Assembly: GCF_003334355.1 (NCBI RefSeq)
Contig: NZ_QOWP01000049.1
DNA length: 16,645 nt
DNA from: Escherichia coli
GTDB lineage: Bacteria > Pseudomonadota > Gammaproteobacteria > Enterobacterales > Enterobacteriaceae
Strand: one strand, 5' to 3'
Shown: positions 12,134 to 16,645 of the stretch, piece by piece
Layout: each line of letters begins with the position of its first letter
Numbering within the stretch: the stretch's first letter is position 1
Translations under genes and position numbers: made by a program
Notes under the pieces: generated by a model
What the model was told of the DNA's origin: nothing
Seen by the model: only the letters and a program-made list of their open reading frames with translations
Databases searched by the model: none

Positions 12134-13399
12134 ATGGCATTAACAGATATCAAAGTCAGAACAGCCAAGCCAACAGATAAGCAATATAAGCTGACTGATG
12201 GTGGCGGTATGCATCTGCTTGTCCATCCAAATGGTTCTAAGTACTGGCGTTTGCAGTACCGTTATGAGGGAAAGCAAAAGATGTTGGCACTTGGGGTTTA
12301 TCCTGAAATCACACTAGCGGATGCCAGAGTACGCCGTGACGAGGCGCGTAAGCTGCTTGCGAATGGAGTCGATCCGGGAGACAAAAAGAAAAATGATAAG
12401 GTTGAACAGAGTAAAGCACGAACCTTTAAAGAAGTCGCGATCGAGTGGCATAGCACCAATAAAAAGTGGTCTGAAGATCACGCCCATCGTGTGCTAAAAA
12501 GTCTGGAAGATAATCTTTTTGCAGCGCTTGGTGAACGTAATATCGCTGAGTTAAAAACTCGAGATTTATTAGCACCCATTAAGGCCGTGGAGATCTCTGG
12601 ACGTCTTGAAGTGGCAGCTCGTCTTCAACAGCGCACTACAGCCATCATGCGCTATGCAGTACAAAGTGGGTTAATTGATTATAACCCGGCACAAGAGATG
12701 GCTGGGGCGGTTGCTTCCTGTAATCGACAACATCGTCCGGCGCTTGAATTAAAGCGCATCCCTGAGTTGCTTACAAAAATAGATAGCTATACTGGTAGGC
12801 CGCTAACCCGATGGGCGACAGAACTCACTTTGCTGATCTTTATTCGGTCCAGTGAGCTGCGTTTTGCTCGCTGGTCAGAGATCGATTTCGAAGCGTCTAT
12901 ATGGACTATCCCACCGGAGCGGGAGCCTATTCCTGGAGTGAAGCATTCCCATAGAGGCTCAAAAATGCGTACAACGCATCTAGTGCCTCTTTCAACGCAA
13001 GCCCTTGCAATTTTAAAGCAGATAAAACAGTTTTGTGGGTCTCATGACTTGATATTTATTGGTGATCACGATTCGCACAAGCCTATGAGTGAAAATACGG
13101 TAAATAGTGCGTTACGGGTCATGGGGTATGATACAAAAGTTGAGGTTTGTGGTCATGGCTTCCGCACAATGGCCTGTAGTTCATTGATCGAATCAGGTTT
13201 GTGGTCTCGTGATGCTGTTGAACGTCAGATGAGCCACATGGAGCGAAATTCAGTGAGGGCCGCGTATATCCATAAAGCAGAACATCTGGAAGAACGGCGA
13301 TTGATGTTGCAATGGTGGGCCGATTTTCTTGATGCGAACCGGGAGAAGGGTATCAGTCCGTTTGAATACGCAAATGTTAACAATCCGCTGAGAAGGTGA
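12134..13399 (+). CDS. P4-type tyrosine recombinase / integrase, 421 aa, apparently intact
   Basis: Full-length ORF immediately 3' of a tRNA gene; GGAGGG RBS 7 nt before the ATG; sequence resembles P4-family integrases from memory; visibly lower GC than the core genes. Confidence 0.9.
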   Translation: MALTDIKVRTAKPTDKQYKLTDGGGMHLLVHPNGSKYWRLQYRYEGKQKMLALGVYPEITLADARVRRDEARKLLANGVDPGDKKKNDKVEQSKARTFKEVAIEWHSTNKKWSEDHAHRVLKSLEDNLFAALGERNIAELKTRDLLAPIKAVEISGRLEVAARLQQRTTAIMRYAVQSGLIDYNPAQEMAGAVASCNRQHRPALELKRIPELLTKIDSYTGRPLTRWATELTLLIFIRSSELRFARWSEIDFEASIWTIPPEREPIPGVKHSHRGSKMRTTHLVPLSTQALAILKQIKQFCGSHDLIFIGDHDSHKPMSENTVNSALRVMGYDTKVEVCGHGFRTMACSSLIESGLWSRDAVERQMSHMERNSVRAAYIHKAEHLEERRLMLQWWADFLDANREKGISPFEYANVNNPLRR

Positions 13400-13420
13400 C
13401 AGAAGGCTATTCACACACAT

Positions 13421-13442
13421 GCTCTTCCCCATGGGGAAGAGC
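13421..13442. other. Perfect 22-bp palindrome downstream of int (terminator or protein-binding site)
   Basis: GCTCTTCCCCATGGGGAAGAGC, 21 nt after the int stop; a T-run (13460-13472) follows about 18 nt later, too far for a textbook terminator. Confidence 0.35.
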
Positions 13443-13618
13443 AACCTGCTCCAATAAATTTCTTTTTTATTCCGGCTGATAGCACCGCAATCACCCGTTC
13501 CCTTTAAATAGCCACTTAGCATTCGGCGTAAAATTTGACAGAGAAGGACTATCTCAGCAGGAGCTTAAAGTGTGGTTTTAGGCATAATGTCAATTGACTC
13601 ACCATTTGGGAATTGTAG

Positions 13619-13951
13619 ATGATTGACATAGTTTCCCAAACGGAAAAATCACTTCCCTTCTTGGAAGAAAATCTGCGAGCACATATAAAATGGAAACAGC
13701 ACGGCGGCCCTTGTGAAATCCCCAATGGCCTGGCGTTTTGCGCAATTCACCATAAAGTCTTTGATAAAGGATCGATTGGTCTGGATGAAAATATGCGGGT
13801 ACTGGTCTCGGATGTGGTAAACGGCGGAGGGATCGTTGAGAGATTATTCTGGGATTTTGACGGGAAAACTATTGCGTTGCCACAGGTGCGTAAAAATTAC
13901 CCTTTTGAGGGGGTTGTGGAGTGGCATCGGAAAGAGGTTTTTAGGGGGTGA
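13619..13951 (+). CDS. Small ORF (110 aa) carrying only an HNH-type nuclease core; probably a 5'-truncated remnant
   Basis: Motif HGG...PNGLAFCAIHHKVFDKG resembles the C-terminal HNH core (NGLxLCxxHHxxFDxG) of larger HNH endonucleases. An in-frame TAG sits immediately before the ATG and the RBS is weak. Confidence 0.4.
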   Translation: MIDIVSQTEKSLPFLEENLRAHIKWKQHGGPCEIPNGLAFCAIHHKVFDKGSIGLDENMRVLVSDVVNGGGIVERLFWDFDGKTIALPQVRKNYPFEGVVEWHRKEVFRG

Positions 13952-14061
13952 GGTTGATAATACCGTGCCCCCATAATATTGCCATCTCTTGCATTGAGAT
14001 ATTAAAAGCTACAAATGTTCTCCCCATTTTTAAATGTAGACATTTATAGCAATATCAAAAC

Positions 14062-15060
14062 TTACTGTTCAGCTTTTTCAACAACAAAACCATTTTGCCG
14101 TACAAACTCAATCAAGAGTTCAATATTAACAATGCCCCATTGATTAGAAATAGCAACAATTTCACCAGAAGGAAGTGTAATCAACGCATCTTCATTAATA
14201 TGATAGCGACTCTTTTGCTTCTCTGGTATCTGATCGACAAGCATAACCGTCCGTTTTTTAAAGTCTTCACTTAACCCATTTATTAAATCATTATAACTTG
14301 CAGGATTAAATTGATTTATCCAATCGCGTAATAATTCAAGCGCTAATTTACGCTTATTAAGTTCTTTATCTTTATATATATACCACGTATAGTCCTTCTC
14401 TTTTTTCTGACTGCTAATTAGCTGCTCATCACGTTTTTCACGAAATTTAACTTGATATTCTTCCAATTCAGGAACCGGTATGATTTGCTCTGCATTGATC
14501 AGAACATCATCATTAAATCTATAAGGCGTCAGACGAACACATCGAATGTCTACCCCCTTATCTCTTAACCAAATCGCAGTGGTAGTCAGTTCCTTGCTAA
14601 AATCCGATGAAGCCAAAACAATTCTGATATCTTTTCCGAAATCAACAAGCTCAGTTTCATCCAGCTCAACAAATTCAAGTATTTTTTCTTTCGCATCGGC
14701 ATCGCAGTTTTGTTTTTTCAAATACGTCTGGAAATATTCACATGCTTTCGCAAAACTCATTGTGGAAATCATCGCTGCATATCGTAGTGCCTGTAACTCC
14801 ATATGCGCACCAGTTTCATCACGTTTTAATTCGATAACCACTAAATTTGCCTGTTTATCGATTGCCAATAAATCAATTCGCCGACGGCTATCTTCCCAGT
14901 CAGAAAACTCTTCGGAAATCACCAGACAATCAGGAGCAATAATATCTATGTTTTTTTTGATTGCTTCCTGTAAATCATAACGTTCCTGTAATCCTTCCAG
15001 AGTAAAGGTCGTTTTTTCTAAAGCATGTAGTTCTTTATTTGCGATATTGTACAGCGCCAC
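14062..15060 (-). CDS. Uncharacterised protein with N-terminal RecB-like PD-(D/E)xK nuclease motif, 332 aa (GTG start)
   Basis: Uninterrupted 332-codon ORF with AGGAAG RBS; very AT-rich. Residues 61-94 RIDLLAIDKQANLVVIELKRDETGAHMELQALRY give D-x(n)-ExK plus QxxxY. The C-terminal ~200 aa has no motif I recognise. Confidence 0.75.
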   Translation of the reverse strand: MALYNIANKELHALEKTTFTLEGLQERYDLQEAIKKNIDIIAPDCLVISEEFSDWEDSRRRIDLLAIDKQANLVVIELKRDETGAHMELQALRYAAMISTMSFAKACEYFQTYLKKQNCDADAKEKILEFVELDETELVDFGKDIRIVLASSDFSKELTTTAIWLRDKGVDIRCVRLTPYRFNDDVLINAEQIIPVPELEEYQVKFREKRDEQLISSQKKEKDYTWYIYKDKELNKRKLALELLRDWINQFNPASYNDLINGLSEDFKKRTVMLVDQIPEKQKSRYHINEDALITLPSGEIVAISNQWGIVNIELLIEFVRQNGFVVEKAEQ

Positions 15061-15353
15061 GTTTATCTTCCTTTTTTAACTGATTTTACAGGGACTTTAA
15101 CACAGTAAAAATTTTATTTCCTGAGCTGTAATCGATTAAGCTGATGCACTAAATGGGAATCATATAGGGTCATTTCCAGTCTCACTTATAGAAATGGCTA
15201 AAGCATGACTCTCGCCAAAACCGTGTATGTGTTGTACATAACGCGATCATCCCTCTCACAAATTGCCTTTTCTCATGGCATCTCGCCCGGTCCCCCATTA
15301 CAATCACTTTTTGTTTTTTGCGAGCTGCATTCCAGTCTTCAGAGGGTTTTTCG

Positions 15354-15959
15354 ATGATTAAAAATGACAAGGCATGGGTAGGAGACTTGCTGGGCGGGCC
15401 GCTCATGAGCAGGGAAAGCCGCGTCATTGCCGAACTGTTGCTAACCGATCCCGATGAACAGACATGGCAAGAGCAAATTGTTGGCCACAACATTTTACAA
15501 GCCTCTTCTCCTAACACCGCAAAACGTTACGCGGCAACAATCAGGCTTCGCCTGAACACGCTTGATAAAAGCGCGTGGACATTGATTGCCGAAGGTAGTG
15601 AGCGGGAACGCCAACAACTTCTGTTTGTGGCTCTGACGCTACATTCGCCGGTAGTTAAGGATTTTCTGGCTGAAGTGGTGAACGATCTGCGCAGGCAGTT
15701 CAAGGAAAAGTTGCCTGGCAATAGTTGGAACGAATTTGTTAATAGCCAGGTTCGCCAACATCCGGTACTCGCCAGCTACTCAGATTCATCTATTGCAAAA
15801 ATGGGAAACAATCTGGTGAAGGCGCTTGCTGAAGCGGGTTATGTGGATACGCCCCGCAGACGTAACCTGCAGGCAGTTTACCTTTTACCGGAAACTCAGG
15901 CAGTGTTACAGCGCCTGGGGCAACAGGACTTGATATCTATTCTGGAGGGAAAACGGTGA
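15354..15959 (+). CDS. brxA: BrxA-like protein (DUF1819-type), 201 aa; first gene of a BREX-like cluster
   Basis: ATG at 15354 with AGAGGG RBS; ~200-aa, largely helical-looking protein whose stop overlaps the next start (GTGA). Assignment is from size, coupling and gene order, not from a recognised motif. Confidence 0.55.
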   Translation: MIKNDKAWVGDLLGGPLMSRESRVIAELLLTDPDEQTWQEQIVGHNILQASSPNTAKRYAATIRLRLNTLDKSAWTLIAEGSERERQQLLFVALTLHSPVVKDFLAEVVNDLRRQFKEKLPGNSWNEFVNSQVRQHPVLASYSDSSIAKMGNNLVKALAEAGYVDTPRRRNLQAVYLLPETQAVLQRLGQQDLISILEGKR

Positions 15960-16558
15960 TAGATCCCGTTCTTGAATATCGCCTGTCTCAAATCCAGAGT
16001 CGCATTAACGAAGATCGCTTCCTCAAAAATAACGGCTCCGGAAATGAAATTGGTTTTTGGATCTTTGATTATCCCGCGCAGTGCGAACTGCAGGTACGGG
16101 AGCATTTGAAGTATCTGCTCCGGCATCTGGAAAAGGACCATAAATTTGCCTGTCTGAATGTCTTCCAAATCATCATCGATATGCTCAATGAACGCGGCCT
16201 TTTCGAGCGCGTCTGCCAGCAGGAAGTCAAAGTGGGTACTGAGACGCTGAAAAAGCAGCTTGCTGGTCCGTTAAATCAGAAAAAAATCGCTGATTTTATA
16301 GCGAAAAAAGTCGATCTGGCTGCCCAGGATTTTGTCATCCTTACCGGCATGGGCAACGCCTGGCCATTAGTACGCGGTCATGAACTGATGAGTGCCTTGC
16401 AGGATGTCATGGGGTTCACCCCACTGCTGATGTTTTATCCTGGCACCTACAGCGGGTACAACCTTTCCCCGCTCACAGACACCGGTTCACAAAATTATTA
16501 TCGCGCTTTCAGACTGGTACCAGATACGGGACCCGCAGCAACATTGAATCCTCAATGA
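15956..16558 (+). CDS. brxB: BrxB-like protein (DUF1788-type), 200 aa
   Basis: GTG start at 15956 with GGAGGG RBS, overlapping the upstream stop by 4 nt; ~200 aa; followed by a third co-directional gene. Assignment by architecture. Confidence 0.55.
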   Translation: MIDPVLEYRLSQIQSRINEDRFLKNNGSGNEIGFWIFDYPAQCELQVREHLKYLLRHLEKDHKFACLNVFQIIIDMLNERGLFERVCQQEVKVGTETLKKQLAGPLNQKKIADFIAKKVDLAAQDFVILTGMGNAWPLVRGHELMSALQDVMGFTPLLMFYPGTYSGYNLSPLTDTGSQNYYRAFRLVPDTGPAATLNPQ

Positions 16559-16621
16559 AGAGCATAATGAACCGCCCCGGAAATCCTGGAGACTAAACTC
16601 CCTGAGAAAGAGGTAAACAGG

Positions 16622-16645
16622 ATGACTAAAAATACTCGTTTTTCC
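16622..16645 (+). CDS. 5' end of the third gene of the cluster (MTKNTRFS...), runs off the window; would be brxC (large ATPase) if the BREX assignment holds
   Basis: ATG at 16622 preceded by AAAGAGG RBS, 63 nt after the brxB-like stop; only 8 codons visible. Confidence 0.35.

Noticed and set aside
14029-14044. Short inverted repeat TAAATGT-AG-ACATTTA downstream of the nuclease-motif gene
   Set aside because: A 7-bp all-A/T stem in AT-rich DNA is expected by chance and would make a very weak hairpin; not called as a terminator.
15318-15353. TTG start at 15318 giving a 213-aa version of the brxA-like protein
   Set aside because: The ATG at 15354 has a well-placed AGAGGG RBS while the TTG has none; the shorter 201-aa product is preferred.
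15182-15517. 111-aa minus-strand ORF across the brxA-like promoter and 5' end, and the 90-aa ORF at 15896-16168
   Set aside because: Both overlap the better-supported plus-strand genes antisense and have no RBS.

Overview
The window reads as an Escherichia coli-type chromosomal segment (identified from protein sequence and gene order, no database search possible). Left to right: the terminal 180 bp of an IS1 copy, inserted into an AT-rich multi-pass membrane protein gene; valS and holC (minus strand); a tandem REP/BIME array; pepA (minus); lptF-lptG (plus); yjgR (minus), whose ORF here runs about 59 codons past its expected end through a REP element; ahr (minus); tRNA-Leu(CAA) leuX with promoter and terminator. 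Directly after leuX an intact P4-type tyrosine integrase opens an AT-rich accessory island. The island carries an HNH-nuclease fragment, a divergently oriented 332-aa protein with a RecB-like PD-(D/E)xK nuclease motif, and two small overlapping genes plus the start of a third, which I interpret by architecture as the 5' end of a BREX-like defence cluster (brxA-brxB-brxC). The island continues beyond the window. The most interesting element is the uncharacterised nuclease-motif gene beside the BREX-like cluster.
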